This document shows, in pieces, positions 1 through 16,108 of a stretch of 20,179 nucleotides of DNA. Origin of the DNA: Candidatus Heimdallarchaeota archaeon. Its GTDB lineage: Archaea > Asgardarchaeota > Heimdallarchaeia > Heimdallarchaeales > Heimdallarchaeaceae. The stretch lies in assembly GCA_018238545.1 (NCBI GenBank), contig JABCTC010000055.1, positions 1 through 20,179 on the forward strand. The letters run 5' to 3'. The translations under genes and the position numbers were made by a program. Under the pieces are notes generated by a model. The model was not told the origin of the DNA, did not search any database, and saw nothing but the letters and a program-made list of their open reading frames with translations. Within the stretch, counting starts at the first letter, position 1. Every line of letters begins with the position of its first letter.

Positions 1-68
1 AATCTATTTTCCTTACTTTTGCCTAGTAAGGTCAGAGATACATCTGGATGCGTTCCAGATGGTCGGGA

Positions 69-716
<648 letters not shown>

Positions 717-727
717 AACAATATTAT

Positions 728-1405
728 TCAGATTTTTTTAAATTTCAGTGCACTTGGTTCGTATATATCCCCATCATTTAGCAGATCATGGATGATTGAT
801 TCCACTGTTGCTTTGTCCAATTTGGTTTTTTCTATAATTTCTTCCATCTCCACCCCCTCTTCAGAATCTGCAATTAGAACCCATATTTTCTCTTTCTGCT
901 CTGGATTGTGTCCTAAAGCAGCTTGTACCTCTTTGGATATAATTAGATTGTTTTTTGAATATCGTTTTATTTTTTTAGCACGTAGGTAAAGTTCTTTGTT
1001 TGAATCTTCAATTATAACAACTGATTCAGGTAATATATACACTTCATCCTCGCTTGTCCTAGGTTTTCCAATTAAATCAACATCATTGCCAATAGTGAAA
1101 CTGTTTAAGAATTCCGCAGTTTCTTCCCAAGCTTTTATTCTCACAGTTGCTGTTCCATCGTCTAAAGTTAGCGTTGTGAATGCCTTTTTAGTCCCATCAC
1201 TAGCACCATGATATTTGTCTACTGTCGTTCCATTGATTCTTATTTTGTATATTTTTTCGTTATTAGTAGTTATCAATACCCAACGACCAAACTCTCCTTC
1301 TTCTTTTATCAGATGTCCATCAACTACATCAATTACATAAAGTAGTATTGGGGCCTTTTGTTCAAACATGCTCATTTTTGTCACATTAAACTTGCTATTT
1401 TTCAC
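728..1405 (-). CDS. OB-fold plus C-terminal winged-helix protein, RPA32/Rpa2-like ssDNA-binding subunit (tentative).
   Basis: 225-aa ORF. The central beta-rich segment (TLTLDDGTATVRIKAWEE...IGNDVDLIGKPR...VYILPESVVII) is typical of RPA32/Stn1-type OB folds. The C-terminal about 60 aa (EEGVEMEEIIEKTKLDKATVESIIHDLLNDGDIYEP) looks like a wHTH. The start is uncertain: Met codons at 1405, 1375 and 1369. Confidence 0.5.
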   Translation of the reverse strand: MKNSKFNVTKMSMFEQKAPILLYVIDVVDGHLIKEEGEFGRWVLITTNNEKIYKIRINGTTVDKYHGASDGTKKAFTTLTLDDGTATVRIKAWEETAEFLNSFTIGNDVDLIGKPRTSEDEVYILPESVVIIEDSNKELYLRAKKIKRYSKNNLIISKEVQAALGHNPEQKEKIWVLIADSEEGVEMEEIIEKTKLDKATVESIIHDLLNDGDIYEPSALKFKKI

Positions 1406-1538
1406 TTTTCTTGGTTCAATCCAAAAATCTTTCTATTACTAATTACTAATAATCTAATCATTTTTGAATATTTTAAGACAGCACTTTTTCACTTTAATTT
1501 CATTAGATTACTCCATAAACAATGGGTTTTTTAAGTAA

Positions 1539-2867
<1,329 letters not shown>

Positions 2868-2944
2868 TACTATTCTAACTCTTTTCTCTATTCTTTTATT
2901 AGCGATATTACGAAAAGAATTATCTATTTGTACTAAAACTCACT

Positions 2945-3014
2945 CAACACACTATTGGTGTTGAAATTGTAGGATACTCGGGGAGAAAAAACACCCTACA
3001 ATTTCTCTATTTTT
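2945..3014 (+). terminator. Two adjacent hairpins followed by a T5 run. Possible terminator or small structured RNA.
   Basis: caacac (2945-2950) pairs with gtgttg (2958-2963). A perfect 11-bp stem gaaattgtagg (2963-2973) pairs with cctacaatttc (2995-3005) around a 21-nt loop. ttttt follows at 3010-3014. The element lies about 80-140 nt downstream of the methylthiotransferase stop. Confidence 0.25.
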
Positions 3015-3213
3015 CACCTTTGACTAGATGATTATAAATTTAAACTAAAAAAAGTCTTATTTCACGCTCTTTCATGCTTGAAACTCTCTGATATACCAAT
3101 TTCTTTTTATATGATAAATTCCCAATTTTAATAGCGTATATTTAGGGGAAAACATCCGACTAAAAGCGTTAAATGGCAAAAAATTGATTCCAATTTTTGG
3201 AAACAAAATATAA

Positions 3214-9582
<6,369 letters not shown>

Positions 9583-9686
9583 CTACGCTGTGTTTGGCTT
9601 ATGCACACTCTCTTTTAAAATGTTCTATATTGCAAATTCGTAGAAGCAAAACCTTATTATGTGCGTATTTTTTACACACTCTCAAG

Positions 9687-10073
9687 ATGCATCGTTGTTT
9701 AATCAATCTTCCAGAGGTCATAAATGAAGGTGGAAAATGTGATATTTTCGAATGTCTGTTCGGTTTAAAACCTTTACACGTTGAAATCTATTTTTATGCA
9801 TTAAAGCAGAAAAGAACAATAAAGGAAATAGCAGATTTCGTAGAAAGAGATCGTTCAACCGCTGTCAGGTTAGTTCAAAGACTTATTGGACAAGCATTAT
9901 TTACAAAGGAAATTGAAATGCTTCCAAATGGTGGTATGAGACACATTTATTCTTCAATTGCTCAAGAAGTTCTAAAAGAAAGATTAAAAACAACCATTAA
10001 GCAAGTTGAGAAATCAGTAGATATACTTGTAAAAAGAGATTGGAGATTGATTCCAGACAGGTTGGACGATTAA
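9687..10073 (+). CDS. Small winged-HTH transcriptional regulator (TrmB/MarR/ArsR-like).
   Basis: From ATG 9687 the protein is 128 aa. The HTH region is TIKEIADFVERDRSTAVRLVQRLIGQALF. The N-terminus has three Cys (C4, C19, C24). The ORF-track start at 9594 would run through the divergent promoter region. Confidence 0.6.
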   Translation: MHRCLINLPEVINEGGKCDIFECLFGLKPLHVEIYFYALKQKRTIKEIADFVERDRSTAVRLVQRLIGQALFTKEIEMLPNGGMRHIYSSIAQEVLKERLKTTIKQVEKSVDILVKRDWRLIPDRLDD

Positions 10074-10089
10074 AAGATAAAGACCGATT

Positions 10090-10719
10090 TTAGAAATCAA
10101 AATCTTCCAATTCATCCATGGAACCTGTAAGTTTTTCAGTAACTTTTTTCTTCTTTTTATCTCTTACAGTAGCTACAGCAGAAGAAAGCTCAGATATGAA
10201 TTCTGTTGGAACAGTTCCCCTTGGAGCTTCATCCTCCTCAATAGGTTGAAAAGAAGGTGTAGATTCAGGTTGTGCTGTTTCTTCTGGTTCAGCAGATTGA
10301 GGCTGTGCTGTTTCTTCTGGTTCAGCAGATTGAGGCTGTGCTGTTTCTTCTGGTTCAGCAGATTGAGCAAATGTTGGCTCTTGAACTATTTCAGGATTTT
10401 CTAAACTTCCATCTTGTTGGTCATATCCTGATGTGATTCCTGATAAACCTGGGTGGGAAGTGGCTGCGGTTTCTTGATCTGTTTGTGAAGACCGATCTGG
10501 GACTAGACTTCCATCTTGCAATAATTTTACAATTTCTTTACATAATGTCTTGTACGCAGGACTAATCTGATACATAAATCGAGGAAGATTCGTTTTGATT
10601 TGATTTAGGAAATACAGACCAGTATCATAATCTTGAATGTAAAAAGCTTGAATTGATTGAACTATCATTTGTTGAACAAGCTTGTCAGGTGGAACAGCTG
10701 ATTGAGGTTGATTATACAT
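10090..10719 (-). CDS. Hypothetical acidic protein with a tandem 11-aa repeat (AEPEETAQPQS x3) and a C-terminal DELEDFDF peptide.
   Basis: 209-aa ORF. It has an N-terminal helical-looking domain of about 80 aa, then a low-complexity acidic linker, a K5 run and an acidic/aromatic C-terminus. I recognise no family. Confidence 0.6.
   Translation of the reverse strand: MYNQPQSAVPPDKLVQQMIVQSIQAFYIQDYDTGLYFLNQIKTNLPRFMYQISPAYKTLCKEIVKLLQDGSLVPDRSSQTDQETAATSHPGLSGITSGYDQQDGSLENPEIVQEPTFAQSAEPEETAQPQSAEPEETAQPQSAEPEETAQPESTPSFQPIEEDEAPRGTVPTEFISELSSAVATVRDKKKKKVTEKLTGSMDELEDFDF
10261..10367. repeat. 33-bp tandem repeat, about 3.25 copies, in frame within the 10090..10719 CDS.
   Basis: Copies at 10261-10293, 10294-10326 and 10327-10359, plus a partial copy at 10360-10367. 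Copies 2 and 3 are identical (agattgaggctgtgctgtttcttctggttcagc). Copy 1 differs at 2 positions. Confidence 0.95.
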
Positions 10720-10926
10720 AAGTTACACTAAATAAAATAAGACACATGTCTATTTTAAAATTATGGAAAAGGAAAAGGGTTTTTCTTCCCTAAAAACTGT
10801 GTTACACAGTATACATTACTTTTATATTACGAATTTAGTCCCAAAACAAGAAGGGGACTGAAACAACTGGAAAAAGACAAAACATTTTTCTTAAAAACTA
10901 AGAAATACTTAGTAAATACTCTTTAT

Positions 10927-12171
10927 TTGAATGATCGTCAACGTTTGTCTTTAATTATACTTGGAACCATTGGTAGCTTTCCCTTAGTTATCTTCATGTC
11001 ATATGTAGGTCTTCATCTAGAAGACATATATACAGCAGCTTGGCTAATTGCTCTGATTTTGGCATTTCGAAATATCTATCAAATTTTCTTGAGAGTACCT
11101 CTTGGACAATTTTCCCAAATGGTGGGACGCAAACCCTTGTTAATTGCCGGAATAAGTTGTTATACAGTCAGTCTTTTTTTCATGTCTTTAGCCTATCATT
11201 GGATTGTTGTATTTGTAGCTATCACATTTCTTGCAATAGGAATGTCTTGCTTCTGGCCTGTTCTCTTTGCATATATCGGTGATATAGAGAAGAAAAACAT
11301 TGGACAACTCCAAGGTAGAGTATTTCAAGGAACAGATATGGGTACAATATTGGGCTCTTTATTGGCAGTGCTTTTGCTTAAAACGTTTAACGTAGGATTA
11401 CAAGTGCTATTTGGTTGGGGTGCTGGAATCTCGCTTATAGGTGTTATATTTATGTTATTTTTTCTCCCAGAAGTTCTACGGAAAGAAGATAGATTAGAAA
11501 CCGATTCTAAGATGAAAGCTCTTGGAAAAGCTTTTACTGAGATGTTTAGAAATCTAGCTAAAATATCAAAAGAGAAAAAGCTGCGTTTCATTTATCTTCT
11601 ACAATTGTGCATTGCATTTTTGGAGTATATAATCACCGCATTTTTCCCATTTCTAATTGTTTCCAAGGGTTTTTCTGATGATTCGGTAAGTACGATATTC
11701 TGGATCAGTGCAGGTATTTTGATTTTCTTTAAACCATTTTTTGGAAAAATAGTTGACAAGTTTGGCTACAAAATTCCCATTTTTGTCACTTTGATATTTT
11801 CGTCAACAATGCTTGTGTTTATGGTAATTATGGATACTTTGCCTTGGTTGATAGTCATCTATATTTTATTCAGTGCAAGTAGTCTAACAAGTTATATTGG
11901 AGTTAATACAGGAACAACAGTAGAGTCCAAACCAAATCAAAGAGGAATGGCTTTAGGAGCTTTAGGGTTCTATGTTTCATTATCACGTTCAGCATCCACA
12001 CTAACTTTCTCCCCAATTCTTCTTACAAATGAGGTAAGTGCTGTAATAGAATTAATATTCATCGCAACAGCAATCTTAATCCTATCTGCAGTTTTTTACA
12101 TAAATCTCTTTCACAATTTTCTCAATAACAATGATAAAGAATCTAAAAACGAGATACTAAAAACAAAATAA
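10927..12171 (+). CDS. MFS-type membrane transporter.
   Basis: 414 aa, highly hydrophobic, with about 12 predicted TM stretches and a central cytoplasmic loop (RKEDRLETDSKMKALGK...). An MFS-like loop motif follows TM2 (GQFSQMVGRKPLL). The track start is TTG 10927, and the next in-frame ATG is 10999. Confidence 0.7.
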   Translation: MNDRQRLSLIILGTIGSFPLVIFMSYVGLHLEDIYTAAWLIALILAFRNIYQIFLRVPLGQFSQMVGRKPLLIAGISCYTVSLFFMSLAYHWIVVFVAITFLAIGMSCFWPVLFAYIGDIEKKNIGQLQGRVFQGTDMGTILGSLLAVLLLKTFNVGLQVLFGWGAGISLIGVIFMLFFLPEVLRKEDRLETDSKMKALGKAFTEMFRNLAKISKEKKLRFIYLLQLCIAFLEYIITAFFPFLIVSKGFSDDSVSTIFWISAGILIFFKPFFGKIVDKFGYKIPIFVTLIFSSTMLVFMVIMDTLPWLIVIYILFSASSLTSYIGVNTGTTVESKPNQRGMALGALGFYVSLSRSASTLTFSPILLTNEVSAVIELIFIATAILILSAVFYINLFHNFLNNNDKESKNEILKTK

Positions 12172-12199
12172 AAAATAAGAAAGGGGAGTTATGAAGCTT

Positions 12200-12676
12200 C
12201 TACTTTTGTTCAACTTCAATTTCCTTTTTCTCTACACCAATTAAATCTTCTTTAAGTTTGCCTAAAAGAGTTGCAACAGCTGCGACAATATTCTCCGGTC
12301 TGGGGGGGCATCCATATACATAAGCATCTACGGGTATGATATAATCCAAACCACCTAGAACCCATGGACATTCTTGAAATACTCCTCCTGAAGTACTACA
12401 ATTACCAACAGCTACAACAAATTTTGGTAAGGGCATTTGTTCATAAATACGCTTAACTCTTTCAGCAATTTGTAGTGTTACACCACCAGTTATAACTAAA
12501 ACATCTGCTTGGCGTGGAGTACCTTTTAGGACTATACCATATTGTTCAAGGTCATGTCTTGGTGTCAAAGCATCGACAATTTCGATATCACAACCGTTAC
12601 ATCCACCAGCATTCATGTGAATTATCCAAGGTGATTTTACAGCACAATTAACTCCGAATTTCTTTAACCAACCCAT
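12200..12676 (-). CDS. [NiFe]-hydrogenase small subunit, group-4/NuoB-like (HycG/MbhJ/EchC type).
   Basis: NuoB-type Cys ligands (GGCNGCDIE, GNCSTSGG, GCPPRPE). The size of 158 aa is typical of group-4 small subunits. Its ATG shares one nt with the upstream stop (TAATG at 12674-12678). Confidence 0.9.
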   Translation of the reverse strand: MGWLKKFGVNCAVKSPWIIHMNAGGCNGCDIEIVDALTPRHDLEQYGIVLKGTPRQADVLVITGGVTLQIAERVKRIYEQMPLPKFVVAVGNCSTSGGVFQECPWVLGGLDYIIPVDAYVYGCPPRPENIVAAVATLLGKLKEDLIGVEKKEIEVEQK

Positions 12677-13146
12677 TATTTTCCACTCCTAAACTTCTCA
12701 AGCTCTTCAAGCTTTTTGCCGCCTTCTGCAATCTTTTCTTCTATTTTCTTATCTGCCTTTTCGCCTTTGAAGCTGCCTTTAGCAGTTAACATGGAATAAT
12801 CTTGTCTTACATTATAAGAGAATAAGACTGATGTTGCAGGGTTTCTATCGATATGAATGGCATCTTTAGGACAGTAAGTTTGGCAGTGTCCGCACCACAT
12901 ACATTGGGGGGTGTGAATCCAAATCATTCCATTATCTTTATCGTCTTTTTCTATTTCTAAGCAGCCAGTTGGACAAACTTTTACACACATTCCACAAAGT
13001 ATACATCTATCCTCAATTATTATTGGGATTGTCCTGATGTCTTCAGGAGGTGGATTTTCTTCCAACCTTTTGAGAACGTGTTTTGTTACAGGTCCTTTTG
13101 CTTGATTTTTTAGTACTTCTCCAGTCATTACTAATATTTTCTTCAT
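12676..13146 (-). CDS. 2x[4Fe-4S] ferredoxin-type subunit (NuoI/HycF/MbhN-like).
   Basis: Two CxxCxxCxxxCP motifs: CILCGMCVKVCP and CMWCGHCQTYCP. An SD-like ggtga sits in the 11-nt gap after the large-subunit stop. Confidence 0.85.
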   Translation of the reverse strand: MKKILVMTGEVLKNQAKGPVTKHVLKRLEENPPPEDIRTIPIIIEDRCILCGMCVKVCPTGCLEIEKDDKDNGMIWIHTPQCMWCGHCQTYCPKDAIHIDRNPATSVLFSYNVRQDYSMLTAKGSFKGEKADKKIEEKIAEGGKKLEELEKFRSGK

Positions 13147-13157
13147 TTCATTTCACC

Positions 13158-14426
13158 TCAGAAAAACGGACGATTGTACTTCTTAGCTTTGATAGCTTTG
13201 AGTGCAAATTCGTCTTGACCAATGATCATTTTCTCGCCTGTAGTGTCATTAACTATCATAACTCTGTTTGTACAGGAGAAGCACGGGTCATAACTACGCA
13301 GTATTACCGGCATATCGGCGATATATTCACCGTCCATTCTTTTTAGAGTTGCATCAATGTTTCCTAAGGAAGGAGCTCTGATTTTGTACCTTTCAGGTTT
13401 ATCAGTTCCGTTTGCTATACCATAGTGAACGTCTTCTCCTCTTGGAGCTTCACCACGTCCAAAGTACTCACCTGCAGGAATTTTTGGTCTTACTCTTGCT
13501 AATAATTCACCCTCTGCGGTTTCAAGTTTATCTAAAATCTGATTACACATACGTAATGATTCTAATGTCTCGTCAAGTCTTACAAGAGTTGTTGCTAAGA
13601 TATCTCCTTCAGTGTAGTAAACAAGATTCCAATCTAGTTGGTCATATAATTCGTATGGAGATGCCTTTCTAACGTCAAAAGGTAATCCTGAAGCTCTTCC
13701 AGTTGGACCATTTGGAGTTGTTTTCTTTGCATCATCTTTTGTTAAGACTCCAACGTCTTCTAAACGATTTCGAATTGATGCTTCCTCAACAAAGACCTTC
13801 TTGTGATATTCTACTTTCTTAATAAGATCATTTATTTTAGGTTTTGTTCTATCTGCTTTCTCTTTGGAAATGTCTCTTTTTACACCACCAGGAAGCATTA
13901 GTGCAGGATTTACTCTGTTTCCACTAAGATCTTCTACTATGTCCATGATGATTTCTCTGTCTCTCCATGATACATGTAACAGTGTGTCAAATCCAGCATC
14001 ATGAGCAAGTATTCCATACCACAATATATGTGAATGAATTCTTTCAGCTTCACAACTGAACATTCGTATCAATCTAGCTCTTTCGGATATTTGATCCTCA
14101 ATTCCTGCCAATCTTTCTACAACTCTGACATAAATATTTTGATGTACAGCACTGCAGATACCACAAGCTCTTGGGATTAACATGGTGTTGTGACGCCATG
14201 TTCTTGCTTCCATGGCTTTTTCCATACCTCTAAAGTTGAATCCTATTCGAATATTAGCTTCAACAACCCTTTCACCTTTTAGATGAATTATAAAATGTGC
14301 AGGTTCTTCACACCATGGATGTTGTGGTCCAATAAACATATGATAATCTGATCCAGGAGGAGCATCACTACCATCAACTTCAGTTCTAAATCTTGATCTA
14401 AAAGTTTCTTCAACCATTTTAATCAT
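13158..14426 (-). CDS. [NiFe]-hydrogenase large (catalytic) subunit, group-4/NuoD-like (HycE/MbhL/EchE type), with a C-terminal extension.
   Basis: N-terminal Ni-binding motif RACGICSAVH. C-terminal motif DPCFSCTNR, followed by 34 aa (VMIVNDTT...NRPFF), like the HycE propeptide. The start is ambiguous. ATG 14417 has ggaga 9 nt upstream, ATG 14426 overlaps the upstream stop, and the track start is 14453. Confidence 0.9.
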   Translation of the reverse strand: MIKMVEETFRSRFRTEVDGSDAPPGSDYHMFIGPQHPWCEEPAHFIIHLKGERVVEANIRIGFNFRGMEKAMEARTWRHNTMLIPRACGICSAVHQNIYVRVVERLAGIEDQISERARLIRMFSCEAERIHSHILWYGILAHDAGFDTLLHVSWRDREIIMDIVEDLSGNRVNPALMLPGGVKRDISKEKADRTKPKINDLIKKVEYHKKVFVEEASIRNRLEDVGVLTKDDAKKTTPNGPTGRASGLPFDVRKASPYELYDQLDWNLVYYTEGDILATTLVRLDETLESLRMCNQILDKLETAEGELLARVRPKIPAGEYFGRGEAPRGEDVHYGIANGTDKPERYKIRAPSLGNIDATLKRMDGEYIADMPVILRSYDPCFSCTNRVMIVNDTTGEKMIIGQDEFALKAIKAKKYNRPFF

Positions 14427-14940
14427 TCTCCGAAATTTGTTTTGCAATGCCAAGAGTTATCTCTTTTAGTTCTTCCCAACCATATTCTTTTAGCATTGGT
14501 CTAACATCATCTGGCCATTTTTCTGGAAGTATCAATCTTTGCATGAATGGATGATTCTCGAAATAAATACCAAAGAAATCGTAACACTCGCGCTCATAAT
14601 AATCAGCAGCTACAAAGAAATCTAACAAACTTGGTGTTTTTGGTTTATCTTTGTTAATTCCTGTTACTATGAAATTGATGGACACTTCCCTGAATTCTTC
14701 TTCTATCCTATGTTGAATGTGATAGAAGACGTTGAATTCTTTTTCTCTTTCAACAGCTGTTACCGTTGAAAGATGATAAATTCCAGCATCTTCTGTAAGA
14801 ATCTTCATAAGATCGTAAGCTTTATCTGGAGTTGTTAGAATGTCAAAATGACCTTCCTCAACCTTTCTTACTTCCTTTACAAGACCCTTTGAAAATGTAA
14901 TTTTCAATATGTCCTCTAGCTCTTTGAGTTCATTACTCAT
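14419..14940 (-). CDS. NuoC-like (30-kDa subunit family) hydrogenase subunit (MbhK/EchD/HycE N-terminal-domain type).
   Basis: NuoC-family C-terminal signature (ERECYDFFGIYFENHP...RLILPEKWP). ATG 14940 is preceded by SD-like gagga. The track start at 14973 adds an unlikely 11 aa. Confidence 0.8.
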   Translation of the reverse strand: MSNELKELEDILKITFSKGLVKEVRKVEEGHFDILTTPDKAYDLMKILTEDAGIYHLSTVTAVEREKEFNVFYHIQHRIEEEFREVSINFIVTGINKDKPKTPSLLDFFVAADYYERECYDFFGIYFENHPFMQRLILPEKWPDDVRPMLKEYGWEELKEITLGIAKQISEND

Positions 14941-15073
14941 AAGAAATCCTCTTATTATGTTTAGGTAAAACATTTTGAAGTAATAAAAAAAGGTTATGCT
15001 TGCAAGATAATTGTTTTTTTAATAAAGAAAAGTTTAGTTAAACAAAAAAACGCTCGTTGGAACAATCCATTAA

Positions 15074-15760
15074 TTACTTCTTTATGAGGACAAAGTCACT
15101 CCCTTTGAACTTCTCTGGAATTTCCTGTAGATGCCAACCTCGCGCTTGTAAAATGAGAATGTTCCCCATGATCCATGGTGTCATATTGTTGTCACCAAAG
15201 CGGAATATTTCTTCAGATATCCAATTGCCTTCTTGCTCTTTTTGATGTAACCATTCATTTATAGAGAGAAATCTTCCAGAATATCGAACTCTAGAAGCTC
15301 TTTCTAATAATTCAGGTATTGAATTAATGATTTCATGTTCCAATTCCTCGTCATTTTTATCTAATCCTTTTAGAATTGCATTAAGAATAGCACTCTTAAT
15401 ATCATAATTATCGGAAAGTTTTGGTTTTAGAGGAGGAAAGGATTCAAAATCGGGAAAAATAGCTCTTTCTTCACATAGAAAAACTCTTTCAGTTATAATT
15501 CTAAATTTAAATCCTCTTGCTGCTAGAATGAGGATATAGGCAATATCTAAATTGCTTAGTGTTTTAAATTTTCTTTTTAGTAGTAGAACACCTTTGGGAG
15601 CATCTACTTTACTCATAGCTTCCCTAGAACATTCAGCTAAATCAAATAAATCCAAGACAGTGCTAGACAAATGAGTTGTAAAATACTGATTGGACTTAGT
15701 GGAAAAATCTACAAAGTTTCTCAAAATTTGAGCATTCGCGTCTTTTTCTTTGAAACTCAT
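15074..15760 (-). CDS. Hypothetical protein (228 aa) between hypC and the hydrogenase structural genes.
   Basis: A long uninterrupted ORF on the same strand as its neighbours, with coding-like composition. I see no recognisable motif and no obvious TM segments. Confidence 0.55.
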   Translation of the reverse strand: MSFKEKDANAQILRNFVDFSTKSNQYFTTHLSSTVLDLFDLAECSREAMSKVDAPKGVLLLKRKFKTLSNLDIAYILILAARGFKFRIITERVFLCEERAIFPDFESFPPLKPKLSDNYDIKSAILNAILKGLDKNDEELEHEIINSIPELLERASRVRYSGRFLSINEWLHQKEQEGNWISEEIFRFGDNNMTPWIMGNILILQARGWHLQEIPEKFKGSDFVLIKK

Positions 15761-15830
15761 ATGATATAAATAATAGCTGTGAATCTATTTAACTTATCGG
15801 AAGTTTTTGAAAAGAAAGAAATGAAAATCT

Positions 15831-16055
15831 TTACTGATTGCTTAGTATCTCATCCCAAAGTTTCAAATCTTCTTTTGCTTGCTCGGGATCTAATTTGGAA
15901 ATGATAAAACCAGTATGTACAAGAACATAATCTCCAACCTCTAGTGATTCTTCCAAAAGAGATGTATCCGCTTCTCTTCTTACTCCTGTAATATCAACAA
16001 TCACTCTTTTTTCATTAACAAGCTCACAAACTAAAGCAGGTATTGCAAGACACAT
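15831..16055 (-). CDS. hypC: Hydrogenase maturation chaperone HypC/HupF family.
   Basis: MCLAIP N-terminus with the essential Cys2, so ATG 16055 is the real start rather than the TTG at 16064. The size of about 74 aa and the ...GDYVLVHTGFAI-like core (GDYVLVHTGFII) fit the family. Confidence 0.9.
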   Translation of the reverse strand: MCLAIPALVCELVNEKRVIVDITGVRREADTSLLEESLEVGDYVLVHTGFIISKLDPEQAKEDLKLWDEILSNQ

Positions 16056-16108
16056 AGCTCTCAAATCTCACTTTATTTTTAACTAATTAACTCTTTTTAT
16101 CTAACAAT

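Noticed and set aside
3026-3092. Possible C/D-box sRNA (atgatt ... ctga).
   Set aside because: The C box is imperfect (atgatta rather than RUGAUGA), no internal C'/D' boxes are present, and there is no terminal kink-turn pairing. It is indistinguishable from chance in AT-rich DNA.
9594-9686. N-terminal 31-aa extension of the wHTH regulator ORF, and the overlapping ORF 9428..9643.
   Set aside because: The extension runs through the AT-rich divergent promoter shared with trx and encodes an implausible peptide. ATG 9687 gives a normal-sized wHTH protein.
10173-10370. 65-aa alternative-frame ORF (LNLLNQKKQHS repeats).
   Set aside because: It is an artefact of the 33-bp tandem repeat read in another frame. 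It is fully nested in the longer 209-aa ORF, which has a plausible start and non-repeat flanking domains.
10837-10864. CRISPR-repeat-like hairpin agtccc-N11-gggact followed by gaaac.
   Set aside because: It occurs as a single copy with no spacers, repeats or cas genes in the window. It is more likely a 5'-UTR or promoter-proximal hairpin of the MFS gene, or chance.
13083-13672. Plus-strand ORFs opposite the hydrogenase genes (13083..13346, 13412..13672). Similar ORFs lie opposite hypD and hycI (16451..16642, 17040..17237, 17493..17696), within or opposite the MFS gene (11040..11282, 11325..11591) and opposite the 228-aa hypothetical ORF (15057..15245).
   Set aside because: They are shadow ORFs on the opposite strand or in another frame of ORFs already called as coding. 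They have no independent start signals.
16056-16064. TTG-initiated MRA extension of HypC.
   Set aside because: HypC-family proteins require Cys immediately after the initiator Met (MCLAIP), so ATG 16055 is the start.
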